Assembly: GCF_009914755.1 (NCBI RefSeq)
Contig: NC_060932.1
Length of the DNA: 64,000 nt
From: the human T2T-CHM13v2.0 reference genome, Homo sapiens
Reading direction: 5' to 3' (one strand)
The notes under the pieces were generated by a model. That model made no database searches and was not told the origin of the DNA. It saw nothing but the letters and a program-made list of their open reading frames with translations. A program made the translations under genes and the position numbers. Positions 28,211 to 51,735 of the stretch are shown here, in pieces. Every line of letters starts with the position of its first letter. Within the stretch, counting starts at the first letter, position 1.

Positions 28211-28254
28211 GATTTTTAAAAATCTCATCTTTTATTTCTTCCAAGTTCCTCAAG

Positions 28255-28450
28255 AACTCTGTAGGAGTCATCATTACCTCATTTAGTCTCCTCAGCAACA
28301 AATAAGAGAAATATTATCTCCATTTTACAGAAGCACAGACTGCAGAGATTGAGTTCCCCCAGGAGCACACAAGCTGGTAGGTGGCAGAGCTAAGCAAGGA
28401 CGCTGTGACATTAAAGTCCATGCTCTTAATCCTTAGGCTGTGCTGCTTCT
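28255..28450 (-). mobile_element. MIR SINE
   Basis: TATTATCTCCATTTTACAGAAG..CACACAAGCTGGTAGGTGGCAGAGCT..AAAGTCCATGCTCTTAA. Confidence 0.75.
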
Positions 28451-28669
28451 AGGTAGTAAGTGAGGAAAGCAAAAGTAACCTCCGTGTTGAACTCACATTT
28501 GGCTGTTGTATCTTCAGGGTGTTACTGTGGCCTGAGGAGCCACAATGCTGCGGGGCAAAGGAGGGAAGGTGACCCGGCCACCCTTCTCTGCACACAACTT
28601 CTCATCCCACTCTATGTTTGTATCACATGTCTTTTCTAAGAACCTCTCGTTCTCTTTTCCCAGCCCCTA

Positions 28670-28865
28670 GAAGCAACAGGATTTGGTGGAAAACTGGCAG
28701 AATTTTTTCTTCCTAGTCTAGTCTATTTTTGGTCACTGTGAGAGCTCGGGCAAGTCCTAATTGTTCTCAGTTCCAAATCTCTAAAACAGAGTAATTATCT
28801 CCCACTCTTTCTGAAAGAATAAAATGATAACAGTGCATATGAAAGTACTTCATAAATGGGAAAAT
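28670..28865 (+). mobile_element. MIR SINE
   Basis: CTCGGGCAAGTC..TCTCAGTT..TCTCTAAAACAGAG..ATAAAATGATAACAG..TATGAAAGTACTT. Confidence 0.6.
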
Positions 28866-28995
28866 AATCTATATAATAGATTGGTCCAAGCTTAAGTTTG
28901 AAAAGTTGAGAACCCACTGGCAAAAAATAAAGTGGCATAAACTGATTTTTTTCTCTTCTAGTACTGTACCTAAGGTCCTAAAACATATTGGTGAT

Positions 28996-36855
<7,860 letters not shown>

Positions 36856-37401
36856 AAGTATTTGTGTTTAAAATGTTGACTTAATCAGATAGATGTTTCT
36901 TAGAAACCAAGATCGCCATCAAACCGGTTTTTCACATTGTGGTTATTGTATGGTTCTGTATTGTAGCCACATTAAACAATGATGAGTTCAAATGGAAACA
37001 TACAGCCTTTCAACACTGGCTCCAAGAGATGGCATCTAGAAGAAACAGACTGATTCTGCAGAGTTCTGAAGGGAGCAGGTGACTTAGCAATTCTGTCTTC
37101 AGTTTCTCTGTGGTGAGTTGAGCACAAAAAGAGAGCAAAGCCTGAGATTATGCTTCATTTAGTCTGTATCTCTCATCAAAACAAAAAGAACAAACTGAAG
37201 AGACTGCAAACACAGTACATGCTCACTCCAAGATTGAGTAAGCAGTTTTAAACTATGACAGCCCCCTCAGAGGGCCCAATTTATTCCAAAAAGCTTTGGG
37301 AATGAAATGGGTTATTTACCCTTGTTGTTAAACAAACCAGCAGTCTCTTAGTCATAAAAGCATTCCCTCCAGGTAATAAGTATCATTTTCTTTAATATTA
37401 T

Positions 37402-39124
37402 TGTTACGGGATCTTTGGGGTGTTGCTTTTCTGGCCAGAAACCTGTGGCCGGTGGTGCCTTTGCCCAAGTTTTGCTCAGGCCTACTGGGCTCGTTCTGCC
37501 CGCTCGGCCTGGCAGGCTGCACTCAGTTCATGCTACTGGCCTGAATCCCAAGTCTCCAAGATAGACTGGAGTCAGGCATGGAGCTGCAAGGAGCATGGGG
37601 TCTGGCCACTGTGCAGTCAGGCATGCCAGTTGCTGCCACGGGGCGGGCAGCTCCAGGTGCCAGCATTGGTGCCAGCTTTCTGCAAGGCTGCAGCTGGACC
37701 CGGTGCATTGCAAACAGCTTCCCCAGCTGGCACCAGGGAATGTGGTGGTGCCCAGAAGCTTGGAGATGCCAAGATCCACAAGGACCCAAAGAGTGAGTCA
37801 CAGCCCTGGCTGAGGGAGCTCCCAGGTCTGGGATCCCCAAAGGGCTACAGATCTTCTCTCCTTCTCTTTGCTCACAACATGGCAAGCGAGGCGCATGTTT
37901 CAGCCCCGTTTGTCTTATAGCAGCTCTTTAAGCCTCACCATTTGGCAGGTCCGAAGTTCTTGTTCTGCTACCAGGAAGAATGAGGCATGCAGACACGTGA
38001 AGGGTGAGCAAGACAAAGAGGAGCTTTACTGAGTAATAAAACAGTTCAGAGAAGACCGCAGTGGGCAGCTCCTCTTCGTTACCAGGGTGCCCTGACTAGT
38101 GTTCAGCTCCTAGCAGAGAGGGCAGCTCCTCTCAGCAGGCAGGTCGTCCTGACAAGTTTTCAGTTCTCAGCAGAGAGGGTACCTCTCTGCAGCTGGTTGT
38201 CCCGTTGTCTCCAGCTCTCCGCAGAGAGGAGGCCCTAGAGTGGGTGGCTCCTTTCTGCAGGCAGCTTGTCCCATCGTCTGCAGCTCTTGGCAGAGAGGGT
38301 AGTTTCTCTCTGCAGCTAGTCGTCCTGTCATCTCTCGGTCCTCTGCTGTGCTCTGGCTAAACCCGGGACTTTTATTGCCTTAAAGGGGAGGAAGTGCGCA
38401 CCAATTGGTTTATGAGTGGCCATGAGTGGGCCTAGAAAAGGTACCACAGGTCCCCACTCTGGTCCGCAGGACTGGAAGCCCAGCCCCCAGCCTTCAGGCC
38501 CTCCCTGGCCTGAAGATGGGACCTCACAGGGACCCACCCCCTTCTGCCCAGGAGCCCGTATGCCTCCTGCCACCGTCCATGGCACCCAGGCTGCGAGCTC
38601 CAAGAGGCACCTGCAGGCCAGCGCCGAGCCACCCTCAGGCCCCCACTCAGTCCCCCCCACCCCACTTACACTTGTGGGTGGCCAAGGTCTGGAGGAGGCC
38701 AAAGTGGCAGAGCCCCAGCATGAACACGCTAGGCCAGGCTGTGATAGTACTTGGGCTCGGCCTCAACCCAGCTCTGAGATCAAAGCTGGTGCTGGGAGCA
38801 GGAGAGAGGCCAGGCAGCCAGAGCAGGCACCTCCGAGCCTGCAAGGGCAAGTGGGGGACCTTCCCAGGCCCCCAGGAGTGCAGAGAGGCCCAGGTCCATA
38901 GCCCCAACTTGGGCCTTGAGTAGCTGCAGCCGCACTTGGTCATCCCGACGTGGAGTGGACCCTGGGGTGGGTCCGCCTGGCCGTAGGAGGATGGGGGCGG
39001 CGCAGATGTCTGCCTCGAAGACGTGGGGCACAGGGGACGCACTGCTGCTACTGCTGCTCCCTCAGCCTCCTCTGCTGCCGCCGCCCACACCTCCCCCACT
39101 GTGGATGGCCTGCTGCTGCTATTA
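37402..39124 (-). mobile_element. MER52A-like ERV1 solo LTR (~1.7 kb, GC-rich)
   Basis: Terminus TGTTACGGGATCTTTGGGGTG; internal CAGCTC..GCAGAGAGGG tandem units at ~38060-38330; GC/CpG-rich far end; near-TSD TTAT/TTAA. Confidence 0.88.
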
Positions 39125-39539
39125 TTAACAAATACTTTCAAATACCGTAACTTATTTTATGTGAGGAAGGATTATTCCCTTTTTATAGACGAAGAAACTA
39201 AATTTCATGGAGACTAAGTCACATGGCTAGTAACTGACAGAGCTAAACCTGAACCCAAACCAACTTTTTCAGAACATCATCAATGTTTTCCTGTGCTCCA
39301 GTTGTCAAACTTCATCAGCGAAATGTTGGGGTCATTTAAAGCTGCTGCTTTGCATTCACTGAAACGACTAACAACCACAAGGAAACATGGTAAATTTACA
39401 TAAATCATTTATTCTAGATTTTGTGAAATAACCCAAATTGAAACTTGACTTCCTCCAATTCTTGAGTCTATCATAACATCCTTCCAGAAATATGCTTACT
39501 ATTAAGATTTTTAAGATATTCTATATGACTATAACATTA

Positions 39540-42500
39540 TTTTTTTCTTTTTATTATTTTTCCATTAGTTATTGGGGTACAAGTGATGTTTGGTTACATG
39601 ACTAAATTCCTTAGTGGTGATTTGTGAGATTTTGGTGCACCCATCCCCCGAGCAGTATACACTGCACCATATTTGTAATCTTTTATACCTTGCCCCCTCC
39701 CACTCTTCCCCCCCAAGTCCCCAAAGTCCATTGTATCATTCTTATGCCTTTGCATCCTCATAGCTTAGCTCCCACATATCAATGAGAATATACAATGCTT
39801 GGTTTTCCATTCCTGAGTTACTTCACTTAGAATAATAGTTTCCTGTCTCATCCTGGTCACTGCAAATGCTGTTAATTCATTCCTTTTTATGGCTGAGTAG
39901 TATTCCATCATATAAATATGCCACAGTTTCTTTATCCACTCATTGATTGATGGGCATTTGGGTTTGTTCACGATTTTGCTATTGTAAATTGTGCTGGTAT
40001 AAACATGTATGTGCAAGAATCTTTTGCGAATAATGACTTTTTTCCCTATGGGTAGATATCCAGTAATGGGATTGCTGGATCAAATGGTAGTTTTACTTTT
40101 AGTTCTTTCAGAAATCTCCACACTGTTTTCCATAGCGGCTGTACTAGTTTACATTCCCACCAGCAGTGTAGTAGTGTTCCCTGATCACCGCATCCATACC
40201 AACATCTACTGTTTTTTGATTTTTTGATTATGGCCATTATTGCAGGTTGAGGTGGTATTGTGTTGTGATATTGATTTGCATTTCCCTCATTAGTGATGTT
40301 GAGCGTTTTTTCATATGTTTATTGGCCATTTGTATATCTTCTTTTGAGGATTATCTATTCATGTCCTTAGTCCACTTTTTGATGTGATTGTTTGTTTTTT
40401 TCTTACTGATTTTTTGAGTTCATTGTAGATTCTGGATATTAGTCCTTTGTCAGATATATAGATTCTAAAGATCTTCTCCCACTCTGTGGGTTGTTTGTTT
40501 GCTGCTAACTGTTCTTTTGCCCTGCAAAACTCCTTAGTTTAATTAGGTCCCAACTATTTATCTTTTTTATTTATTGCATTTGCTTTTGTGTTCTTGGTCA
40601 TGAAATCCTTGCCTAAGCTAATGTCTAGAGGGTTTCTCCCAATATTATCTTCTAGAATTTTTATAGCTTCAGGTCTTAGATTTAAGTCCTTAATCCATCT
40701 TGAATTTATTTTTGTATAAGGTGAGAGATGAGGATCCAGTTTCATTCTCCTACATGTGGCTAGCCAATTATCCCAGCACCATTTGTTGAAAAGGATGTCC
40801 TTTTCCCACTTTATGCTTTTGTTTGCTTTGTCAAAGATCAGTTGGCTCTAAGTATTTGGGTTTATTTCTGTGTTCTCTATTCTGTTCCATTGGTCTATGT
40901 GCCTATTTTTATACTAGTACCACGCTGTTTTGGTGACCATGGCCTTATAGTATAGTTTGAAATCAGGCAGTGTGATGCCTCCAGATTTGTTATTTTTGCT
41001 TAGTCTTGCTTTTGGCTATGCAGGCTCTTTTTTGACTCCATATGAAGTTTAGAATTGTTTCTTCTAATTCTGTGAAGAATGATGGTGGTATTTTGATGGG
41101 GAATGCATTGAATTTGTAGATTGCTTTTGGCAGTATGGTCATTTTCACAATATTGATTCTACCCATCCATGAGCATGGGATGTGTTTCCATTTGTTTGTG
41201 TCGGCTATGATTTCTTTCAGCAGTGTTTTGTTTTCCTTGTAGAGGTCTTTCGATTCCTTGGTTAGGTATATTCCCAAGTTTTGTTTTGTTTTGTCTTTTG
41301 CAGTTATTGTAAAAGGGGTTGACTTCTTGATTTGATTCTCTGCTTGTTCACTCTTGGTGTAATAGAAGAGCTACTGACTTGTGTACATTAATCTTGTATC
41401 CGGAAACTTTGCTGAATTCTTTTATCAGTTCTAGGAGCTTTCTGGAGGAGTCTTTGTGGTTTACAAGGTAAACAATCATATCGTCAGCAAACAGAGACAG
41501 TTTGACTTCCTTTTTACTGAATCGGATGGCTTATTTCTTTCTCTTATCTGATTGCTCTGGCTAGGACTTCCAGTACTATGTTGAAGAGGAGTGGTGAAAG
41601 TGAGCATCCTTGTCTTGTTCCAGTTCTCAGAGGAAATGTTTTCAACTTTTCCCCATTTAGTATTATGTTGGCTGTGGGTTTGTCATAGATGGCTTTTATT
41701 ACATTGAGGTATGTCCCTTCTATGCCGATTTTGCTGACAGTTTTAATCATAAAGGGATGCTGGATTTTGTAGAATGCTTTTTCTGCATCTACTGAGATGA
41801 TCATGTGATTTTTGTTTTTAATTCTGTTTATGTGGTGTATCACATTTATTGACTTGCATATGCTAAACCATCCCTGCATCCCTAGTATGAAACCCACTCG
41901 ATCATGGTGGATTATCTTTTTGATATGTTGTTGGAGTCGATTAGCTAGCATTTTGATAAGAGTTTTAGTATCTATGTTTATCAAGGATACCAGTCTGTAG
42001 TTTTCTTTTTTTGTTTGTGTCCTTTCCTGTTTGGTATTAGGGTGATGCTGGCTTCATAGAATAAATTAGGGAGGGGTTCTTCTTTCTCTGTCTTGTAGAA
42101 TAGTGTCAATAGGATCGGTACCAATTCTTCTTTGAATGTCTGGTAGAATTCTGCTGTGAATCATCTGGTCCTGGATTTTTTTGTTGGTAATTTTTTAATT
42201 ACCATTTCAATCTCACTGCTCGTTATTGTTCTGTTCAGGGTATCTAAGTCTTCCTGATTTAAGCTAGGAGCATTGTATTTTTCCAGGAATTTATCCATCT
42301 CTTCTAGGTTTTCTAGTTTATGTGTGTGAAGGTGTTCATAGTAGCCTTGAATGATGTTTTGTATTAGAGTCGTGTCAGTCGTAATACCTACTGTTTTGTT
42401 TCTTAGTGAGGTTACTTTGATTTTCTCTCTTCTGTTCTTGGTTAATATTGCTAATGGTCTATCAATTTTATTTATCTTTTAAAGAACCAGCTTTTTGTTT

Positions 42501-43360
42501 CATTTATCTTTTGTATTTTTTTTTTTGTTTCAATTTCATTTAGTTCTGCTCTGATCTTGGTTATTTCTTTTTTTCTGCTGGGTTTGGGTTTGGTTTGTTG
42601 TTCCTGTTTCTCTATTTCCTTGAGGTGTAACCTTAGAATGTCAGTTTGTGCACTTTCAGTCTTTTTGATGTAGGTATGTAGGGCTATGAACTTTCATCTT
42701 AGCACTGCCTTTGCTATATCCCAGAGGTTTTGATAGGTTGTGTCATTATTGTCATTCAGTTCAAAGAATTTTTTAATTTCGATCTTGGTTTCGTTTTCAA
42801 CCCCATGCTCATTCAAGAGCAGGTAATTGAATTTCCATGTATTTGAATGGTTTTGAAGGTTCCTTTTGGAGTTGATTTCCAGTTTTATTCCACTGTGGTC
42901 TGAGAGAGTGCTTGACATAATTTCAATTTTCATGAATTGATTGAGGCTCGTTTTATGGCCTATCATATGGTCTTTCTTGGAGAAAGTTCCATGTGTTGTC
43001 AAACAGAATGTGTATTCTGCGGTTGTTGCATGAAATGTTCTGTATATACCTGTTAGGTCCATTTGTTCCAAGGTATAGTTAAAATCCATTGTTTCTTTGT
43101 TGACTTTCTGTCTTGATGACCTGTCTAGTGCTGTCAGTGGAGTATTGAAGTCCCCCACTATTATTTTGTTGCTATCTTATTTCTTGAGTCTATTAGTTAT
43201 TGTTTTATAAACTTGGGAGCTCCAGTGTTAGCTGTATATATGTTTAGGATTGTGATATTTTCCCTTTGGACAAGGCCTTTTACCATTATGTAATATCCCT
43301 CTTTGTCTCTTTTAACTGCTGTTGCTTTAAAGTTTGTTTTGTCTGATATAAAAATAGCTA
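39540..43360 (-). mobile_element. L1PB1-like LINE-1, 5'-truncated within the endonuclease domain
   Basis: Poly(T), L1PB 3'UTR (GTTATTGGGGTACA..TAGTGGTGATTTGTGAGATTTTGGTGCACCC); ORF2 peptides [16 protein letters not shown] (42694-43158) and [25 protein letters not shown] (41544-41984). Confidence 0.93.
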
Positions 43361-43575
43361 GCCTCCTGTCAGATCAGTGGCAGCATTAGATTCTTAAGAT
43401 TCTCATGGGAGCCTGAACCCTACTGTGAACTGCTCATGTGAGGGATCTAGGCTGCATGCTCCTTATGAGAATCTAACTAATGCCTGATGAAACCACCACT
43501 CCCCAAACCCCTGTGTATGGAAAAATTGTCTTCCACGAAATTGGTTTCTGGTGCTAAAAAGGCTGGGGACCGCTG
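43361..43575 (+). mobile_element. MER1B hAT-Charlie element lacking its left end
   Basis: GCCTCCTGTCAGATCAGTGGCAGCATTAGATTCT..GAGGGATCTAGG..TGGAAAAATTGTCTTCCACGAAA..GGGGACCGCTG right TIR. Confidence 0.88.
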
Positions 43576-43909
43576 TTCTATATAGCTAATCAGAAGCCTT
43601 TATTTAAAAACAAAACATCTTAACTGATAAGAAAGCAAATGTATTTGCAAATTAAAATGATAATTTTCAATCAACTAATATTTGGAGACTTTCTTGGCCA
43701 AAAATACACAGCTATAAGACTAATGACTTTTCTCTTAATTTCTAGACTTTACTTATGATTTGAATGATATAACGATAGTGATAAAATCTCAAATAAGAAG
43801 CACAAAAAAATCCCATTTTCAATGCCACATTTATGAGATTAGCATTTAGAGGGGGGCCTTGAAATTTTTTTCCAATGAATGATTCATATAAAATATTCAT
43901 ATATATTTC

Positions 43910-44840
43910 TCCAAATTTAATTTTTAATATATAATATTTTCACACAACTAAAAATGCAAGTATGTATATAGTAAAAGGTCTTCTCCCACTCTAGTTCTCT
44001 ATCAAGTATTTTTTCTTATAGGCAATCGAAATTTCGAGGGCCTTGAGTATGTTTCCAGAGGTGTTCTATGTTATATATAACACAAACACACACACACAAA
44101 CACACAAACACACACACACACATTATACTATATATACTGTTCTGCACCTTGATTTTTCCACTTAACAATATATCTTAGACAATATATATTGGACATCACT
44201 CCATAAATACATAAATTGTTTCCTTTTTTAACAGAATAGCCATTTCACATTCAGTTAAATGGATATGCTGTTAGTATAGCCTAGGGTATGTTCCAGTGAC
44301 AAACTATCCCCAAATCTGAGTGGCTTAAAACCACAAAGTTTTATTTCTAGCTCATGCTATATGTTTATCATGAGTAGGTCAGGAGTTCTATTCCATGTCT
44401 ACATCAGTAGGCCATCCAGGCAAATGCAGCAAGCTTTATCTAGTCATTTTGGCAGTACAAAAGAGAATTTTAGACTCACACTAAAATTAAATGATTCCAT
44501 CTAAAAGTGGCAGAAGTTATTTCTGTTTATGGCATTGGACAAAAGGGTCACATGGCCATATACCACCTCAATAGAACCAGGAAGTGCTGAAAACATTTGA
44601 GCATCCCTAATAACCAGAGGGTCTATCATACTTTTAAAATCAGTTTTCTACTGATGATCCTTTAGCTGTTTTCAATTATTTGCTACAATAAATAAATACT
44701 ATAGTAAATGTGCACATGTCATTTTGCATGTGTGAATACATCTATAGGGTATATTCCTGGAAGTAGAATTTTGCATGCATCTTTACAAGTCTACCTGTGG
44801 CACACAGCACACCAAGAATTTAGTTTCTCCACATTTGACA
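43910..44840 (-). mobile_element. Very old L1 (L1ME-type) 3' remnant split by an MLT1 LTR
   Basis: ATACTGTTCTGCACCTTGATTTTTCCACTTAACAATATATCTT..; resumes with TTTAGCTGTTTTCAATTATTTGCTACAATAAA..TATTCCTGGAAGTAGAATT. Confidence 0.65.
44269..44618 (-). mobile_element. Old MLT1 (J/K-type) MaLR LTR
   Basis: CCCCAAATCTGAGTGGCTTAAAACCACAAAGTTTTATTTCT..GGTCACATGGCCA. Confidence 0.65.
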
Positions 44841-45063
44841 TACACTGAACACAGATTATTAAGATTATGTATTTATTTTTGAGGTGGGATATGAAAGCAA
44901 AAAGATATTTCAGTGGAGGTATTTCCTTCAAAGATCCCAAGAATATGTTGTATTAATTTTGATTTTACTAAATGTATTAGATAAAGAATATTATGTTTCT
45001 TGGCCTTTAGCTGCTTTAATATATTTAGTTATTATATGTATCTTCTTTTAGAAGTCTTCCAAT

Positions 45064-45370
45064 GGCTGGGTGCAGTGGTTCACGTCTGTAATCCCAGCAC
45101 TTTGGGAGGCTGAGGTGGGCAGATCACTTGAGGTCAGGAGGTCAAGATCAGCCTGGTCAACAGGGCAAAACCTTGTCTCTATTAAAAACACAAAAAAATT
45201 AGCTGGGCATGGTGGCACAGGCCCGTAATTTCAGCTACTCAGGAGGCTGAAGTAGGAGAATCGCTTGAACCCGGGAGGTGGAGGTTGCAGTGCGCCGAGA
45301 TTCCGCCATGCACTCTAGCCTGGGCGACAAAGTGAGACTCCGTCTCAAAAAAATAAGTAAATAAATAAAT
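45064..45370 (+). mobile_element. Alu SINE (AluS-type)
   Basis: Full dimer with a (TAAA)n tail. Confidence 0.96.
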
Positions 45371-45569
45371 GAGGTCTTTCAGGGACACAATTTATTACAG
45401 TTATATTCTCTGAGCCAGAATAGGGAACAAGAATAGCTACAATGTTTTGTGTTTAAATCTTATTCCCAATATTCTCACAATTACTTTTACATTTCAGTTA
45501 AGTCAGAATCATAGTCCTGGATGTTGCACTGAAGGCTAGGATTAGATGATGGAATCCTCTAATTATTTG

Positions 45570-45850
45570 TTTTTACTAAATATCCCAATAGACCCATGGA
45601 AGGTTGATTGTGGTATATTAAAAAATTATTCTGACTATATTAGTTTGGGAAGCATCAGGTTAAACACCAGTGAACTTTTTAACCACAGGACTTTACACAG
45701 CCTCGTTTAATATAGGTGCAGAAACTAAATTTCCGACATAAGAATACACCAGATGTTTCCTCAAATTTATTTCACCATGGAGCTAATGTTTTATGAGCTT
45801 CTGCCTAGAGAACCTAATTCTTAAAAGAATACATTTAGATAAATATTGGT
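45570..45850. mobile_element. MER103-like hAT remnant
   Basis: TAGTTTGGGAAGCATCAGGTTAAAC..ACAGGACTT..TGTTTCCTCAAATTTATTT; recalled similarity only. Confidence 0.45.
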
Positions 45851-46030
45851 TTATAGTACTAAAACCATAATTCGACAAGTAGCAATTGAGCATGAATTAT
45901 ATTTTAGTCCTATGTAATCATTCTGTGATTACATAAAAGTAGGCCAAAGTCCTTGTTTCAAGTAGTCTGCAGGCTTATGGGAAATAATAACACGAAAAAT
46001 ACAAGTCACTGCTATGTATACAGAATATAA

Positions 46031-46370
<340 letters not shown>

Positions 46371-46415
46371 TATTTAATTTCCAATACAGAATCTGACACA
46401 TTTGTTCAAGTTTCT

Positions 46416-46720
46416 TTTTTTTTTTTTTTTTTTTTGAGAAGGAGTCTCGCTCTGTCACCCAAGCTGGAGTGCAGTGGCACAATCTTGGCTCACTGCAAGC
46501 TCTGCCTCCCTCCCGGGTTCACGCCATTCTCCTGCCTCAGCCTCCGGAGTAGCTGGGACTACAGGCGCCCGCCACCACACCCAGCTAATTTTTTGTATTT
46601 TTAGTAGAGACGGGGTTTCACTGTGTTAGCCAGGATAGTCTCGATCTCCTGACCTCGTGATCCACCCGCCTCTGCCTCCCAAAGTGCTGGAATTACAGGC
46701 GTGAGCCACCGCGCCCAGCC
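46416..46720 (-). mobile_element. Alu SINE (AluY)
   Basis: TTCACGCCATTCTCC and GTTAGCCAGGAT diagnostics; TSD TCAAGTTTCT/TCAAGTGTCT. Confidence 0.96.
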
Positions 46721-49109
46721 TCAAGTGTCTATTTTGATGTTCATTCACTTTTTCATTATAAGGAAGTAAATTACTTAGCACAAGAGAAAAACTTTTTTTT
46801 TTTGCAATCTAAAGTGTTCCCCAGTGAAATTCTGAGGAAACAAATGTTATCTCAGTTGACTCATGGCTTTAATTTTACTGTTTTCAGATTTCTCCGACAG
46901 CAATGAATAAAACAATTGCCTGACTAAAGAGGAGATATCCTCTTTAGATAAAACGACTGAAGACCCATTACCAAAATAGGGAAAAAGAAACAATCTCTAT
47001 GAAAGAGTTTCAAATAAAAATATGTAGGTGCTTTGGACTTTTTTATTTCTTTATTTTCCCAGCCATGTCATAAATGTTTAGATTGACAAATATCTGAGAA
47101 AAATCATCACATAAAAATCCCCTTAAAGCAAATGTCATTTTGGTGCAATTAATTCTTGATTACTCTTTGACACTTGCTAAGCTTCTTTCAGATGAAAAAA
47201 GTATACTCTTGTTGGCATGTCACTAGTGTAATGCCCTCAAATATGTTAACATTATTCATGACTTCGTTCTTAAGTACATTTTGACTGAATTATCTTGAGT
47301 CAGGATATAAACAAAGTGATTTTACAAATAAATGTTTTGAAGGGAAGTTTCTTGAGATGCTTCTTTGATGATGTAAAGTCAAAGGTTTAACCATATTTCT
47401 TTCAGCAATTATCTGAAAATTGGTTTTTATTCTTAAAAATGTACAGATATGTCTATTTTATTTGCATTTATTCTCTTTCTTTTTTACCTAATGAAAAAAA
47501 AGTAACAGTGGGTTCTTATGAGCTATTTTTACAAAGGAAAATTGAGTTCTCTTCTGAGACAAAACTGAGCTGTAAACATACTGGTTTAAAATTTGTAAAA
47601 AACAATGTACACACCTACTTTCCACCTGGTACTTGCCAGTAAGAGAAAAGCGTGACAATTGTCCCTATATTGTTGCATTTTGACCTTACTGGTCAACAGC
47701 TGTCAGCTCCTGTAGAGCTCCATCAAGCACCTAAACAAATATACCCCTGCCAGGCCACCTTTTAAACATATCTTTCCAAGTCCCTAGTGATACTAAAGTT
47801 AGAATGAGAGATTTAACATGTTTGTAAGTTTTTAGGTTCTAATTACAAATATATGTAATTTGTTAAAATTTTTAAATCTTATTTTGGTGCCACTTTATTT
47901 GCCCAATTTACTGCTATTTGAAATAGAAACTAATACACTTACATGCCTTTAGATGAACTCTATTTTACTTTTATAAGTTTTAATCTGAGCCATAACATCT
48001 TTGCTTTGAATATATTGTCAACAAAATGAGCTCATTAAATAAAACTCTTCTATTAATTAAAAAGGCCAGTGGTCTGCCCAAGTAACTACCTTATCATTTC
48101 TACACAGGGTAAACAGACATTCAATATGTTGGTAAAAATATAGACTTATCACAAAAAAAAATAAAGGAAGAACTAGCATCTAGTCTTCTTTAGTTGTTTT
48201 AAGACACATTCTATGGACAAAGCATGTACTTTCTGCATCAGAATCCAGATGTTGGCCACAATCTAGTCTCTTGGAGTTTCCCATTGTCCCCCCAAAGGCA
48301 AAGTTCTGTCAATGCCTCTCAGCTGGACCCTAGGCACAAGTCTAGCTTATGCCCACCCACCCTGCCCAACTGTCTCCTTAAAACAGGCCTTTCTACCCAT
48401 ATTTTTGTTCATCCAGAAAGGGAAGCTATGGTAAGAGTCTTGAGTAAAATATACAACAGAATACTTTATAAATATAATAAATTCAATTTTATTCTTCCTA
48501 TTGTGTAAGACTCGGGATAGACTGAGAACTTTTCCTGCTTCTCTAACATTTTTGATCCAAGCTGCTTTATCCTAGAGGTTCTCTTACTCTCAGGGGAGAA
48601 ATAGTAGGACTTTGCTTTTGACTGCATGGCCTAAAAGCATGGCCTGGAGCAAGTCTCCAAGACAAGGGCAAGAGAAAATCAACAGGACGGGGAAAAGATT
48701 GAGAAGAGTCTGTTGCTGGGTAGAAATGCTAAACTCTAATCAGAGTGCCAACAAGGATACAATGAAAGCTGGAATGAAGGCAGAGCCCACTCTTAAAGGC
48801 TCTTATGCCTTTGTTGAACCCATAGGGGCCAATGCTACCCAATCACAAGGCTTGAAAAGGGAGGACTTTGATTGTGATCATAAGTGTCTCTTTCCTAATA
48901 TTTTTACCTGTGGAAACACTCTTCTGCTCCAAAAGTCTGGTTTGACCCTCAGGAAGGGGAAGGAATTCCCTACCCATGACTAAGATTGAATTTCTTAGCA
49001 TCCTGGGGGGATAAAGCTCAGAACCAGATTTAACTTCATTTTGAACAAATAAGGGAATGTAACATTTCTACATCCCTAAACAGATGCAGTGCCAAAAAGG
49101 TCTTCTCCA

Positions 49110-51735
<2,626 letters not shown>

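Noticed and set aside
37420-39217. Dense overlapping 120-166 aa ORFs suggesting a gene or CpG-island exon
   Set aside because: All lie within the GC-rich MER52A LTR, where stop codons are rare in every frame; the peptides are low-complexity Pro/Gly/Ala.
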